DNA from: a virus
IMG/VR virus record: IMGVR_UViG_3300022745_000002
Location: 1 to 62,304 of that record
Reading direction: 5' to 3' (one strand)
DNA: 62,304 nucleotides
Below the pieces are notes generated by a model, which was given only the letters and a program-made list of their open reading frames with translations, was not told the DNA's origin and ran no database searches. This document shows, piece by piece, positions 38,468 through 48,309 of this stretch (positions within the stretch are counted from its first letter, which is position 1; the number at the start of each line of letters is the position of its first letter). Made by a program: the position numbers and the translations under genes.

Positions 38468-39103
38468 TTGAACGACACGAGCCCCCGTCGCCGCCGTCAG
38501 CGGCGCCCGCTGCAGGAAGAGCAGCCCCAGACCGAGCAGCCTGCGCTGCAGACGGTTTCCAACGCGCCGCCCGAGGCACCTGCACCTATGGTCGCCGCAT
38601 CTGCGTCGCAGGCAGCGCCTGTCGAGCGCGAGATGAGTTCGATCGAGCGCGCGCGCCTGCGCTCGGCCGAGCTCATGGAGCATGGCACCGACACGCTCGA
38701 CGATGCGATCGACGAGTTCGCGCTGCCGCCGGGCATCGAGCCGGACGGCTGGATCTACCAGTGGCGCCGCCACACCGTGCACGGGCAGGAAGATCCTTCC
38801 TATGCGGTGCAGCTCGACATGAAGGGCTGGCAGCCGGTTCCGGTTTCGCGCCATCCCGAGCTCATGCCGAAGGACTATTCGGGCTCGACGATCATCCGCA
38901 AGGGCCAGCTCCTGATGGAGCGCCCGAAGGAGATCGACGACCGCGCGCGCATGCTCGAGAAACGCAAGGCGCTCGATCAGGTCCGCATCAAGGAAGACCA
39001 GCTGCGTTCCGCGCCACCGGGTACCTTCGAACGCGAACAGCAGACCGGCAGCCTCGCGCGCATCGGTCGCAAGTACGAACCGATCCTCGTCCCCAAGGAC
39101 TGA
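38468..39103 (+). CDS. Head-module protein of unknown function (211 aa, TTG start)
   Basis: GAGGAG 7 nt upstream. Followed by a strong terminator. Confidence 0.6.
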   Translation: MNDTSPRRRRQRRPLQEEQPQTEQPALQTVSNAPPEAPAPMVAASASQAAPVEREMSSIERARLRSAELMEHGTDTLDDAIDEFALPPGIEPDGWIYQWRRHTVHGQEDPSYAVQLDMKGWQPVPVSRHPELMPKDYSGSTIIRKGQLLMERPKEIDDRARMLEKRKALDQVRIKEDQLRSAPPGTFEREQQTGSLARIGRKYEPILVPKD

Positions 39104-39124
39104 AGATCCGCTTCAACGAACGAG

Positions 39125-39154
39125 AAAGGCCCGGGAAACCGGGCCTTTTTCTTT
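39125..39154 (+). terminator. Rho-independent terminator
   Basis: GGCCCGG-GAAA-CCGGGCC followed by TTTTTCTTT. Confidence 0.85.
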
Positions 39155-39297
39155 GCGCGTAAAAAGTGCTTTACAAGCCCTGCAACCTGAGCGTAGCGTT
39201 GCCGTTGCAAGCACCCTCCCGGCGAGGGTCATCGATTTCCTTGCGACGTTGACGCTCCTCGGGGCGCGGTCACGGCGCTCCTTCAGAGGAGTAGGCT

Positions 39298-39927
39298 GTG
39301 ACCAATTCCAACAGCCCCTTCGGTTTCCAGCAGTATCAGGGCGGTGCAGGCGGTGCGCCGACCTTCGCCATGTCGCTGCGCCGTATCGCGTCCGGCAACG
39401 CCACCGCGATCTTTCAGGGCGACCCGGTCAACCCGGTGATCGGCTCGGCTACCGGCTACATCACGCAGGGTGCCGCTGGCACGACCCGCATCGACGGCAT
39501 CTTCTGGGGCTGCCGCTACGTGTCGGTCGCGCAGAAGCGCACCGTGTGGTCGAACTACTGGCCCGGCTCCGACGCCAACGGCGACGTCGATGCCTACGTG
39601 GTCGACGACCCGAACTCCCGTTTCAAGGTCATGGGCAATTCCACGACCTTCAACATCACCGGCACGCTGTCGACCTACACCAGCTCGCCGGTCGGCCAGT
39701 ACGCGCAGTACGCGATCGGCTCGGGCAGCACGTCCACCGGCATCTCGGGTGCCTACCTGAACACGCTGGGCACCACGGTGACCTACCCGTTCATCGTCAC
39801 CGACCTGATCACCTTCCCGCCCGGCGCGCCGGGCGCGGATCCGACGACCGCCTACAACTGGGTCGTGGTCGGCTTCAACAACGAGTGGATGCGCACCAAC
39901 GGTGCGGGCCCCACCGGTATCTCGTAA
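39298..39927 (+). CDS. Capsid decoration / cement-type protein candidate
   Basis: Immediately precedes the major capsid gene. Ser/Thr/Gly-rich, beta-type composition. GTG start after GAGGAG. Confidence 0.6.
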   Translation: MTNSNSPFGFQQYQGGAGGAPTFAMSLRRIASGNATAIFQGDPVNPVIGSATGYITQGAAGTTRIDGIFWGCRYVSVAQKRTVWSNYWPGSDANGDVDAYVVDDPNSRFKVMGNSTTFNITGTLSTYTSSPVGQYAQYAIGSGSTSTGISGAYLNTLGTTVTYPFIVTDLITFPPGAPGADPTTAYNWVVVGFNNEWMRTNGAGPTGIS

Positions 39928-39939
39928 GGAGCGCGAGCC

Positions 39940-40854
39940 ATGACCGTCAATCTTGCATCGATCAAGGATCTGCTGCTCCCGGGCCTGCGCGGCGTCGAGG
40001 GCAAATACGAGCAGATCCCGTCGCAGTACGACAAGATCTTCACGAAGCACAACTCGGAGATGGCGCTCGAGCGCACGGCCGAGATGCGCTACCTCGGCCT
40101 CGCCCAGCTGAAGACCGAGGGCGGCCAGACGGCCTTCGACAGCGGTGCTGGCGAGCGCTACGTCTACAATCAGGAGCATGTCGAGATCGCTCTCGGGTAC
40201 GCGATGACCCGCAAGGCGATCGACGACAACCTGTACAAGTCGCAGTTCCACCCGTCGAACCTCGGCCTGATGGAGAGCTTCCACCAGACCAAGGAGATCT
40301 ACGGCGCCAACATCCTGAACACGGCGACCACCTACAACGCCGCGATCGGCGGCGACGGCGTGGCGCTCTGCTCGACGGCGCATCCCATCGACGGCGGCAC
40401 GATCGCCAACCGTCCGACGACCGACGTCGACCTCAACGAGGCCACGCTGCTCAACGGCATGATCTCGGTCCGCACGAACTTCAAGGACATCGCGGGCCTC
40501 AAGATCTTCGCCCGCGCGCGCAAGCTCATCGTGCCGCCCCAGCTCGAGCCGGTGGCGATCCGCCTGCTCAAGACCGAGCTGCGCCCCGGCACCTCCGACA
40601 ACGACGTCAACGCCATCTTCACGACGGCGGGAGGCCTCCCCGAGGCCTACATGACGAACGACTACCTGACCTCGCAGTACGCGTGGTTCCTGCTCACGAA
40701 CATCGACGGCCTCTCCTACATGGAGCGCGTCAAGTTCGAGACGGACATGCAGGTGGACTTCATCACCGACAACCTGCTGGTCAAGGGCTACGAGCGCTAC
40801 TCGTTCGGCTACTACAACTGGCGCTCGATCTGGGGCTCTTTCCCGACCTCGTAA
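39940..40854 (+). CDS. Major capsid protein (HK97-fold type, by position and composition)
   Basis: 304 aa, follows the scaffold and decoration genes after the strongest terminator/leader pair. AAGGAG ribosome-binding site. Confidence 0.75.
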   Translation: MTVNLASIKDLLLPGLRGVEGKYEQIPSQYDKIFTKHNSEMALERTAEMRYLGLAQLKTEGGQTAFDSGAGERYVYNQEHVEIALGYAMTRKAIDDNLYKSQFHPSNLGLMESFHQTKEIYGANILNTATTYNAAIGGDGVALCSTAHPIDGGTIANRPTTDVDLNEATLLNGMISVRTNFKDIAGLKIFARARKLIVPPQLEPVAIRLLKTELRPGTSDNDVNAIFTTAGGLPEAYMTNDYLTSQYAWFLLTNIDGLSYMERVKFETDMQVDFITDNLLVKGYERYSFGYYNWRSIWGSFPTS

Positions 40855-40866
40855 GGAGCACGCCTC

Positions 40867-41334
40867 ATGACCGTATCGCATTGGTCCGGCCCGCTGATGG
40901 CCGGGCCGAACAAGGATCCCGGCGATCCCAACGCGCCCTACAATCAGGGCACGACGCAGCTCGCCCAGTACGTCAACATCCCGGTCAACACGGGTGGCCT
41001 GAAGTCGGAAGTCGAGATCTGGCTGCCGCCGGGCGCGCGCATCAGCGCGTTCGACATCGACGTGCTCACTGCCTTCGACAGCGCGACCTCGGCCACCTTC
41101 TCGGCCGGTATCACGTCAGGCGGCACCGATTACGTGTCCGGCGTCAACGTGAAGGCGGCCACCGGCCGCATCGCGCCGACCTATACGGCGGCTCAGCTGG
41201 CGGCCATGTCCGACCAGTCGGTGCTCGGCGTCGCTGCCCCGATCCCGGGGCAGTTGTTCCTGACGATTACGTCCGTCGGCCAGCCCGCCAACGGCTTCGT
41301 GACCGTCACCGTCAAGTACATGCAGAACCCGTAA
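40867..41334 (+). CDS. Structural protein, unknown role (155 aa)
   Basis: AAGGAG ribosome-binding site. Packed after the capsid gene. Confidence 0.65.
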   Translation: MTVSHWSGPLMAGPNKDPGDPNAPYNQGTTQLAQYVNIPVNTGGLKSEVEIWLPPGARISAFDIDVLTAFDSATSATFSAGITSGGTDYVSGVNVKAATGRIAPTYTAAQLAAMSDQSVLGVAAPIPGQLFLTITSVGQPANGFVTVTVKYMQNP

Positions 41335-41344
41335 GGAGCCCGCC

Positions 41345-41713
41345 ATGAAGGGACGTCATAAGAAGGCCAGTGGCGGCGAAGCCGATTTCGGCAAGCCCGA
41401 AGCCGATTGGAAGGAAGACGAGAAGTCCAAACCGATGGACTACACCGGCAAGAACAAGGTGTCCGGCGAGGCCGAAGAGCACAAGCGCGGCGGGCGAGCC
41501 AAGCGCAAGCATGGCGGCAAGGTCAAGCATCACGAGAAGGGCGCGCACATGAAGCACGCCAAGCACGTGGGCATGGTCGAGGGCAAGCGCGACGTCCATG
41601 CCGGGCGTGCCCCGCGCAAGTCGGGCGGCCGGGCCGGATCCAACCGCAACCCGTTCTCGTCGGCGCACGCGGGCACCCCGCCCCGTGGCCACAAGACCAC
41701 GGACATCGACTAA
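41345..41713 (+). CDS. Highly basic small virion-module protein with basic-x-GG motifs
   Basis: HKRGGRAKRKHGGKVKHH and PRKSGGRAGSN, compared with PRKRGGRAGFP in the 35721 gene. Confidence 0.6.
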   Translation: MKGRHKKASGGEADFGKPEADWKEDEKSKPMDYTGKNKVSGEAEEHKRGGRAKRKHGGKVKHHEKGAHMKHAKHVGMVEGKRDVHAGRAPRKSGGRAGSNRNPFSSAHAGTPPRGHKTTDID

Positions 41714-41779
41714 ACGCGCTTCTGCGCCATAGAGGGGCGTGCCCTGACACAGTGATCCGGCGCGCTGGGAGATAACTAG

Positions 41780-42427
41780 ATGCGCCCGATTACTGTCTCT
41801 GTAGGCCCCCTAGCCGCCGCCAGCGCGAATAACATCGCGCTGTCCCAGACCCCGGGCGCGGCGGGCAACCTCACGCTCAACGGCTCTACCGTCGTCGGCG
41901 GTGTCGCGATCCTCGACACGCCTCGCCGCGTCCTGTTCACGACGACGGCCGACGAGACGGCCAAGACCTTTGTGGTCACCGGCACGACCTTTGGCGGCCA
42001 GACGGTCTCCGAGACGGTCAAGGGCGTCAACAACAGCACTGTGGCCACCGTGCTCGACTACGCGACGATCACGTCGATCGCGGTCAGCGCCGCGCTCGCG
42101 GGCGCCATCACGGTCGGCACGAACGGCGTCGCGGGATCGCCGTGGGTGCGCCTCGACGACTGGGCGCTCCCCAACCTGAACATTCAGGCGATCGTGGTCG
42201 GCACGATCAACTACACGATCCAGCAGACCTACGACGACCCGAACTCGCCGACCAACCCGGTGAGCCCGGCAAACGTCACGTGGTCGCAGCTCGTCGCGGC
42301 GGCATCGGCGTCGGCCATAGCCAATGTCGCGTACCAGCCTGTCTTCGTGCGCGTGCTGGTGAACTCGAACACCAACCCGGCGACCGTCACGGCAACCTTC
42401 CTGCAGACCGGCGTCACACCCAAGTAG
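41780..42427 (+). CDS. Structural protein, unknown role (215 aa)
   Basis: Thr/Val/Ala-rich, beta-type composition. Confidence 0.65.
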   Translation: MRPITVSVGPLAAASANNIALSQTPGAAGNLTLNGSTVVGGVAILDTPRRVLFTTTADETAKTFVVTGTTFGGQTVSETVKGVNNSTVATVLDYATITSIAVSAALAGAITVGTNGVAGSPWVRLDDWALPNLNIQAIVVGTINYTIQQTYDDPNSPTNPVSPANVTWSQLVAAASASAIANVAYQPVFVRVLVNSNTNPATVTATFLQTGVTPK

Positions 42428-42436
42428 GAGCTCGCG

Positions 42437-43132
42437 GTGACCACCAGCGGCACCTACGCCTACAATCCCAGCCTCGGCGAGATTGTCCTCTACAGCTTCA
42501 ACCTGATCGGCGTGCGCAACACGTCGCTCACGGAGGAGCACATGCTTGGCGCGCGCACGGCCGCCAACATGCTGCTGGCCGACTGGTCGAACGAGACGCC
42601 GAACTTGTGGAAGGTCGATCAGGTCGTGGTGCCGCTCGTCGCCGGGCAGGCGACCTACGCGGTCGACGCCAAGACGGTGATGATCCTCGACGCGTACATG
42701 ACGATCAACAACGGCCTGTCGCCCGCGATCGACCGTATCATCCTGCCGATCAGCCGCTCGGAGTACGCGACCTATCCGAACAAGACGCAGCAGGGCTTCA
42801 CGACCGTCTTCTGGTTCGATCGCCTGATCTCGCCGACGGTCACCCTGTGGCCGGTACCGGACGGCACCAGTGCGCAGTTCCTGACGTACTACCGCGTCAC
42901 CCAGATACAGGACGCGGATTTCACGTCCGGCCAGACCGTCGACATCCCCTATCGCTGGCTGAAAGCCTTCGCGGACGGGTTGGCGGTCGAGCTCGGCCGC
43001 TCGTGGGCGCCCGCGACGGTGGCGCTCAACGCGCCCTTCGCCGACAAGAGCTACCAGCGCGCGTATGCGCAAGACACCGAGAACACTCCGCTCTATATCT
43101 CGCCGATGATCGGCGGGTACTACAGGAACTGA
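42437..43132 (+). CDS. Head-tail adaptor-like protein (GTG start)
   Basis: Size, position and general pattern of podovirus adaptor proteins. AGGAG ribosome-binding site. Confidence 0.55.
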   Translation: MTTSGTYAYNPSLGEIVLYSFNLIGVRNTSLTEEHMLGARTAANMLLADWSNETPNLWKVDQVVVPLVAGQATYAVDAKTVMILDAYMTINNGLSPAIDRIILPISRSEYATYPNKTQQGFTTVFWFDRLISPTVTLWPVPDGTSAQFLTYYRVTQIQDADFTSGQTVDIPYRWLKAFADGLAVELGRSWAPATVALNAPFADKSYQRAYAQDTENTPLYISPMIGGYYRN

Positions 43133-43133
43133 C

Positions 43134-43409
43134 ATGGGCTACGCATCTCGAGCGGGCCGGGCCCACACTAGCATCTCGCGGCCGAGCGCCTTCGCGGTCT
43201 GCGATCGCTGCGGCCTGTGGTACAACCACAAGGATCTCGTGTGGCAGTTCGACTGGGCGGGCTCGTCGCTGGTCAACAAGCGCATCCTCGTCTGCACGCG
43301 CACGTGCCGTGACAAGCCGCAGAACCAGTTGCGCGCGGTCATCATCCCGGCGGATCCGGTGCCTATCCAGAACCCGCGCACGGAACCCTTTACCGAGGAT
43401 GAAAGCTGA
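43134..43409 (+). CDS. Small Cys-containing structural-module protein (91 aa)
   Basis: CDRCG...CTRTC. Starts 1 nt after the previous stop. Confidence 0.6.
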   Translation: MGYASRAGRAHTSISRPSAFAVCDRCGLWYNHKDLVWQFDWAGSSLVNKRILVCTRTCRDKPQNQLRAVIIPADPVPIQNPRTEPFTEDES

Positions 43410-43645
43410 TGCGCCTCACCAGCGGCCAAAACACGGTCGACCCGCTCACCGGTATCCCGGTGGTCTTGGGACAGGTGCGCACGACGCAGGACGGGCGCGT
43501 GCGTGTCACGCAGCAGACCGGTGAAGCGCCCTATGGCACCAATCAGACGCCGGGCGTCGTCCTCGTGAACCCTTCGGCGCCGGGTAATGCCGATCCCGGC
43601 GTGCCGCGTGGCTTCACTGAAGTGCCCAAGACAGGCTCGCTCTGA
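43409..43645 (+). CDS. Hypothetical protein (78 aa)
   Basis: TGATG overlaps at both ends. Confidence 0.55.
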   Translation: MRLTSGQNTVDPLTGIPVVLGQVRTTQDGRVRVTQQTGEAPYGTNQTPGVVLVNPSAPGNADPGVPRGFTEVPKTGSL

Positions 43646-45831
43646 TGTCCGCATTTGTTCAAATCCCCAATCTCCCCCAAGGCATCGCGCTCAACGGCAC
43701 CGAGGCGTTCGAGGCGGTGCAATCGGGCGTGTCGGTCCAGCTCAGCGCCGCCCAAATCGCTGCCTACGTCTCGGCGAACTTCACGGGCGTGAACACGTTT
43801 TCGGCCGGGAGCACGGGGCTCACGCCAGCGTCGCCGACCCATGGCAACGTGGTGCTCGCGGGTACGCTCAACGCGAGCTCGGGCGGCACGGGGCTGGCCA
43901 GCTACACGGCGGGCGACTTGCTCTATGCCAGCGGCGCCTCCACGCTTGCGCGACTTCCTGTCGGTGCCAACGGGCAGATCCTGTCGCTGGTTGGCGGCCT
44001 GCCCGCGTGGGTGAATGACAGCTCGGTCAGCGTGTCGTCCTTCAGCGGTGGCACCACGGGCCTGACGCCAAGCACGCCGTCGACCGGCGCGATCGTGCTT
44101 GCGGGCACTCTTGTCGCGGCAAACGGCGGCACGGGGCAGTCGACCTACACGGTCGGCGACCTGCTCTACGCCAGCGGCACCACGGCGTTGTCGAAGCTCG
44201 CCGATGTCGCGACCGGCAACGCGCTGATCTCGGGCGGTGTCGGCGTCGCGCCCTCGTGGGGCAAGATCGGCCTCACGACGCACGTGTCCGGCGTGCTGCC
44301 CGCCGCGAACGGTGGCACTGGCGTGGCCAATTCCTCGACGATCACGCTCGGCGGCAACTTCGCCATGTCCGGCGCCTTCACGTTCGCTGGAACGCTGACC
44401 GGTAATACCTCGATCACTTTTCCGACCAGCGGCACCCTTGCCACGACGGCTACTGCCAATGTCGCAACGGTTTCGAATTCCGACGGCACGCTGACGATCA
44501 GTCCGACATCAGGCGCTGTCGTCGCTTCGATCGCGCTCGGACACCCCAATACGTGGTCGGGACAACAGACTTTCGTCGCGCCTATCCTCGGCACGCCCGC
44601 CTCCGTGACACTGACCAACGCAACGGGTCTGCCGTTGTCGACCGGCGTCACCGGCACGTTGCCCGTGCTCAACGGCGGCACGGGCACCACGACCTCCACT
44701 GGCACCGGCAGCGTCGTGCTCTCGAGCTCGCCGACACTCGTCACGCCCGCACTCGGCACACCTTCGGCATTGGTACTGACCAACGCAACGGGCCTGCCGC
44801 TGTCGACTGGTGTCACTGGCAACCTGCCAGTCGGCAATCTCAACAGCGGCACGAGTGCAAGCTCGACGACCTTCTGGCGCGGCGACGGCACGTGGGCGAC
44901 GGTCTCCGGTGCGGGTGTTTCGCTGACCGTTGGCACGACGCCGGTCACGGGCGGCACGAGCGGCCGCGTGCTATACGACAATGGCGGCGTGCTCGGCGAA
45001 ATGACGAACACCGGCACGGGCACGGTGAACGTCCTGCAGAACTCCCCGACGCTGACCACGCCCGTGCTCGGTGTTGCAACTGGCACGTCGCTCGCGCTCG
45101 GTGGCGCAACCATCGGCACCGACGCTCTGGGCGTCACCGGCACTTCGACCTTTAGCAGCACGATCAACGCTAACGGAAATGTACTGCTGGCCAGCGCGTC
45201 TCTGCTCGAGTGGAACGCAGACGTCATTCTATCACGTAAAGGTGCGGCTAATCTCCAGCATGGCGGCGCCGACGCCGCGTCGCCGGTCGCGCAGACGATC
45301 AGCTTCCAGAGCGTCGTGGCGGGCACCACGAATACTGCGGGCGCGGACGCCACGATCAGGGGTTCGGCGGGCACAGGAACGGGCGCACCCGGCCAGATCA
45401 AATTCCAGATCGCTCCTGCGGGTTCGACCGGTTCTACGCAGAACGGTTTTCAAAATATCGCCATCCTCGGTGGCAGCGGACTTGTTCTCGGGACCGGTGC
45501 GGGCGGCCGCGCGCTGTCGTTCACTGCGGGCTACGCCGACAGCAGCCTCGTCGCGAACATCACTTCGTCCGGCAACAACATCGTCTGGCAGAACCGGAAC
45601 ACCGGCAACGCCAATATGACGTGGTACTACAATGGCGATGTGGGCATCGGGCCCGGTACAGCGCTTGCGGTCGGTGCGACAGCGGGTTTCCTGCAATTGC
45701 CGACGTGTGCCGGTACGCCGACAGGCGTGCCCGCTGACACTGGCGCGGGCAAGGCCAACGTCGTCTACGACACCTCGGCCAACAAGATCTGGGTCTACAA
45801 CGGTTCGTGGCGCGGTGTGGCGGTGACCTGA
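43645..45831 (+). CDS. Tail fibre with internally repeated modules
   Basis: N-terminal [22 protein letters not shown]. Duplicated GGTG...GDLLYASG...L units. Duplicated [15 protein letters not shown] units. Confidence 0.85.
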   Translation: MSAFVQIPNLPQGIALNGTEAFEAVQSGVSVQLSAAQIAAYVSANFTGVNTFSAGSTGLTPASPTHGNVVLAGTLNASSGGTGLASYTAGDLLYASGASTLARLPVGANGQILSLVGGLPAWVNDSSVSVSSFSGGTTGLTPSTPSTGAIVLAGTLVAANGGTGQSTYTVGDLLYASGTTALSKLADVATGNALISGGVGVAPSWGKIGLTTHVSGVLPAANGGTGVANSSTITLGGNFAMSGAFTFAGTLTGNTSITFPTSGTLATTATANVATVSNSDGTLTISPTSGAVVASIALGHPNTWSGQQTFVAPILGTPASVTLTNATGLPLSTGVTGTLPVLNGGTGTTTSTGTGSVVLSSSPTLVTPALGTPSALVLTNATGLPLSTGVTGNLPVGNLNSGTSASSTTFWRGDGTWATVSGAGVSLTVGTTPVTGGTSGRVLYDNGGVLGEMTNTGTGTVNVLQNSPTLTTPVLGVATGTSLALGGATIGTDALGVTGTSTFSSTINANGNVLLASASLLEWNADVILSRKGAANLQHGGADAASPVAQTISFQSVVAGTTNTAGADATIRGSAGTGTGAPGQIKFQIAPAGSTGSTQNGFQNIAILGGSGLVLGTGAGGRALSFTAGYADSSLVANITSSGNNIVWQNRNTGNANMTWYYNGDVGIGPGTALAVGATAGFLQLPTCAGTPTGVPADTGAGKANVVYDTSANKIWVYNGSWRGVAVT

Positions 45832-45870
45832 TGAGCTGGTACGATTTTATAAAGCACAATCTCGACACAC

Positions 45871-46200
45871 TTGGCGTGGCACTCGTCTTCGCAGGCTTCG
45901 GGCACCCCGGGTGGCGCGGGCACGTACAACCTCAGCAACAGCCAGACGCTTGCCAGCAACTACATGACGGCGGCAGCGCCGGTTAACTACCTGACGATGT
46001 ACGGAGCCAATCATGGTGCCTCTGCGGGCCGCTTCGGCATCGGCACGCAGACGCCTGCCGCTCTGCTGGACGTGAACGGAACCTTCCACGTTTCGGGTAG
46101 TGTATCTTTCGGAACTTACACGGCTGGTGCGCTAGCACCTGCCGGGTATATAACCATCACTGACGCCGGGGGCACTACCCGGCGGCTCCTCGTAGGCTGA
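45871..46200 (+). CDS. Tail-fibre-tip-like protein, start uncertain (TTG, or a frameshift from ATG 45831)
   Basis: FGIGTQTPAALLDVNGTFHVSG and GYITITDAGGTTRRLLVG are fibre-type motifs. An ATG at 45831 in another frame overlaps the fibre stop. Confidence 0.45.
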   Translation: MAWHSSSQASGTPGGAGTYNLSNSQTLASNYMTAAAPVNYLTMYGANHGASAGRFGIGTQTPAALLDVNGTFHVSGSVSFGTYTAGALAPAGYITITDAGGTTRRLLVG

Positions 46201-46219
46201 AGGTCGAAAGGAAGACAAT

Positions 46220-46468
46220 ATGACGGTGTTGCTGGTCGCTTTATTGTCCCTGCTCGGCGGGATCTATGTCACGCCGGGCGCGTTACCGGTGGCGGCATCG
46301 ACGCTGGTTTTCGTGTCGCGTGTCGCGGTCGGGTTCGGGTTCATCGTTTCGGCGGTCGCAGTCGGGGTCGGGTTGCCCGCGCTGCTCGAGATCGCGCTGG
46401 GCATCTTCGGGCTGGCCCATGCGATCGCGGCATGGGCGATCTTTCGGCAGCCCTGCAAGAGCGAATAG
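46220..46468 (+). CDS. Membrane protein, holin candidate (about 3 transmembrane segments)
   Basis: Almost entirely hydrophobic, 82 aa. First gene of the lysis cluster. Confidence 0.6.
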   Translation: MTVLLVALLSLLGGIYVTPGALPVAASTLVFVSRVAVGFGFIVSAVAVGVGLPALLEIALGIFGLAHAIAAWAIFRQPCKSE

Positions 46469-46471
46469 ACC

Positions 46472-46681
46472 ATGGACAGCGTGCAAGCCATTCTCGATCT
46501 TGCGAAAGGCTTTGGCGCTGCGGGCCCTGTGGTTGGATTGCTGGTATGGCTTTACTGGAACGAGCGCAAAGAGCGCGTGGACCTTTCGGGGAAAGTCTTT
46601 ACCCTCGCGACACAAGGTATCGAGGCGTCAAAAGACATGACTCGCGCACTCGACATGTTGTCTTCGAAGGTGACCAAATGA
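46472..46681 (+). CDS. Small single-pass membrane protein (holin or antiholin candidate)
   Basis: GFGAAGPVVGLLVWLYW transmembrane segment followed by a charged tail. Confidence 0.55.
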   Translation: MDSVQAILDLAKGFGAAGPVVGLLVWLYWNERKERVDLSGKVFTLATQGIEASKDMTRALDMLSSKVTK

Positions 46682-46884
46682 ATTGGTTGCACCAATGGTT
46701 TCGGCGCAAGCCCAGCAAGGAGCTGGAGGCGGTCCAGCGTATCACCGAGCAGGCCGAGACAGCCTTTGCCGAGCGCAAGAGCGCGCTAGGAAAGTTGATG
46801 GCGGCGCTTGACGCCATACCGCTCGATCAGGCAATCGCCACCCTTGGCTCCGATTTGACGAAGGTGACGCGCAATGGACACTAA
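46678..46884 (+). CDS. Hypothetical lysis-cluster protein (68 aa)
   Basis: ATGA overlap. Confidence 0.5.
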   Translation: MNWLHQWFRRKPSKELEAVQRITEQAETAFAERKSALGKLMAALDAIPLDQAIATLGSDLTKVTRNGH

Positions 46885-47257
46885 CGCGGCAGCATCGATC
46901 ACGACGCATCTCTCGGCCGTGCTGGCGATCCTTGCCGCGCAGGCTACTGTGGTGGCGGCGTTTCGCATCCTGCAGATGTGGCAACACGAAGAGCCGGGCG
47001 GCATGCCGCGCATCCTCAACCTCGTGGCGCTGCTGGTGTTCATGCTGGGCTCCTGCGGCCGCGAGGCGGTGGTGGCGTTTGCCGGTGCCGTTTCGTGGGG
47101 CCCCGAGGCGATCCTGTGGTCCGGGGCCGCGCGCTTCGTGCAGATCGCAGGCGCGGTGCTCTTCATCTGGAACATCACGCGGGCGGTCTGCGGGCAATGG
47201 CTGTGGAGCCTTAGCCTCGCGGTGGCGATCGCGGTATCCTTGGTGGCGCTGCGATGA
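46874..47257 (+). CDS. Four-pass membrane protein (holin candidate)
   Basis: Four hydrophobic stretches. Directly precedes the endolysin gene. Confidence 0.65.
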   Translation: MDTNAAASITTHLSAVLAILAAQATVVAAFRILQMWQHEEPGGMPRILNLVALLVFMLGSCGREAVVAFAGAVSWGPEAILWSGAARFVQIAGAVLFIWNITRAVCGQWLWSLSLAVAIAVSLVALR

Positions 47258-47718
47258 CGCAAACGCTAAGCGCTCAAGGTTTCGACCTTCTCGGCCAGCG
47301 CGAGGACAAGCGCAACCGGGCCTATCGGGACAGCGTAGGGATCTGGACGATCGGCATCGGGCACACGGGCCCCGAAGTCCATGAAGGGCTCGTATGGACC
47401 GACGCACAAGTCATGGACGCCTTCGCCAAGGACGCCGCATGGGTGTCGGCGGCGATCGTCGAGAGCGTCAAGGTACCGCTTGAGCAGTACCAGTACGACG
47501 CGCTGTTCAGCTTCACTTTCAACGTCGGCGCCAACGGCGAAGAGCACTCGCATGTCGTGAGCTTCATCAACGCAGGCGACATGGCCGGTGCCGCCACGGC
47601 CTTCGACATGTGGCACATCCCGGCGTCGATCACCACGCGGCGCAACGGCGAGAAGTTCCAGTTCATGGGCATTGTCTTCGCCGCGCGCTGCGACGCCAAC
47701 GGGAACCCCGTCCCATGA
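47254..47718 (+). CDS. Endolysin, GH24 (T4/lambda-type) lysozyme
   Basis: GQREDKRNRAYRDSVGIWTIGIGHT gives the E-x8-D-x5-T catalytic triad spacing. Confidence 0.9.
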   Translation: MTQTLSAQGFDLLGQREDKRNRAYRDSVGIWTIGIGHTGPEVHEGLVWTDAQVMDAFAKDAAWVSAAIVESVKVPLEQYQYDALFSFTFNVGANGEEHSHVVSFINAGDMAGAATAFDMWHIPASITTRRNGEKFQFMGIVFAARCDANGNPVP

Positions 47719-48116
47719 TCGGCTTCCTGCTCGCCAACTGGAAAACGCTTCTCACCGTTCTCTTGATCGGTGGTCTCGTCATCGACGATGGGCTTCTGCG
47801 CATCGACTACGCCGAGCAGAAAGCCACGATTGCCCAGAAGGACACCGCGCTCAAGGCGATGCAGGAAAAGCAGGCCGAGAACATCGCGGCCGCCGAGAAG
47901 AAGGCTCGTGACGCCATGCAGCGCGACATCGACGCGGGCAAGGAGATAAACGCCAGTCTGCAGGCGCAGGCGGCCAAACTTCAGGGAGACCTAGATGCTG
48001 CGCTCGCTGCCCAGAATTCCGCGCCGGACACGCCGACGTGCGATGCTACTCCTTCCGCTCAGTCTTTCGATCGCAGCCTTCAGCTGCTCATCGGAGGCAC
48101 CGCAGCTTCGCACTGA
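47715..48116 (+). CDS. i-spanin (Rz-like)
   Basis: N-terminal transmembrane segment (LLANWKTLLTVLLIGGLVI) followed by a coiled coil. Confidence 0.75.
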   Translation: MIGFLLANWKTLLTVLLIGGLVIDDGLLRIDYAEQKATIAQKDTALKAMQEKQAENIAAAEKKARDAMQRDIDAGKEINASLQAQAAKLQGDLDAALAAQNSAPDTPTCDATPSAQSFDRSLQLLIGGTAASH

Positions 48117-48309
48117 AGTGCCGGTGATCGTGCCGCGCGTACCGCCTGCCGAGGCGATCAAGCCGTGCGATCCCCTGCCCCCGGGCGGGCCGCCCTTCAA
48201 GACCGAGAACGCCCGCTACGCGTGGCTGCTGCGCATCGTCGCCCCGAGCATCGAGTGTCGCGAGCGCCACGAGCAGCTGCGTGAATTCGTGCTCAACGCG
48301 CCAAATTGA
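48043..48309 (+). CDS. o-spanin (Rz1-like) lipoprotein, overlapped architecture
   Basis: MLLLPLSLSIAAFSC is a lipobox-like signal. Pro-rich mature part. Starts inside the i-spanin gene in another frame. Confidence 0.65.
   Translation: MLLLPLSLSIAAFSCSSEAPQLRTEVPVIVPRVPPAEAIKPCDPLPPGGPPFKTENARYAWLLRIVAPSIECRERHEQLREFVLNAPN

Noticed and set aside
39153-41348. 731-aa plus-strand ORF spanning the decoration, capsid and following genes in another frame
   Set aside because: It crosses a strong terminator and three separately initiated genes with good ribosome-binding sites. The product is Arg/His/Pro/Gly-rich nonsense typical of an off-frame read of GC-rich coding DNA.
43645-46200. Diversity-generating retroelement (template/variable repeat pair) in the tail-fibre region
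   Set aside because: There is no reverse transcriptase gene anywhere in the genome. The internal fibre repeats differ at all base types rather than specifically at adenines, and they are in-frame protein modules.
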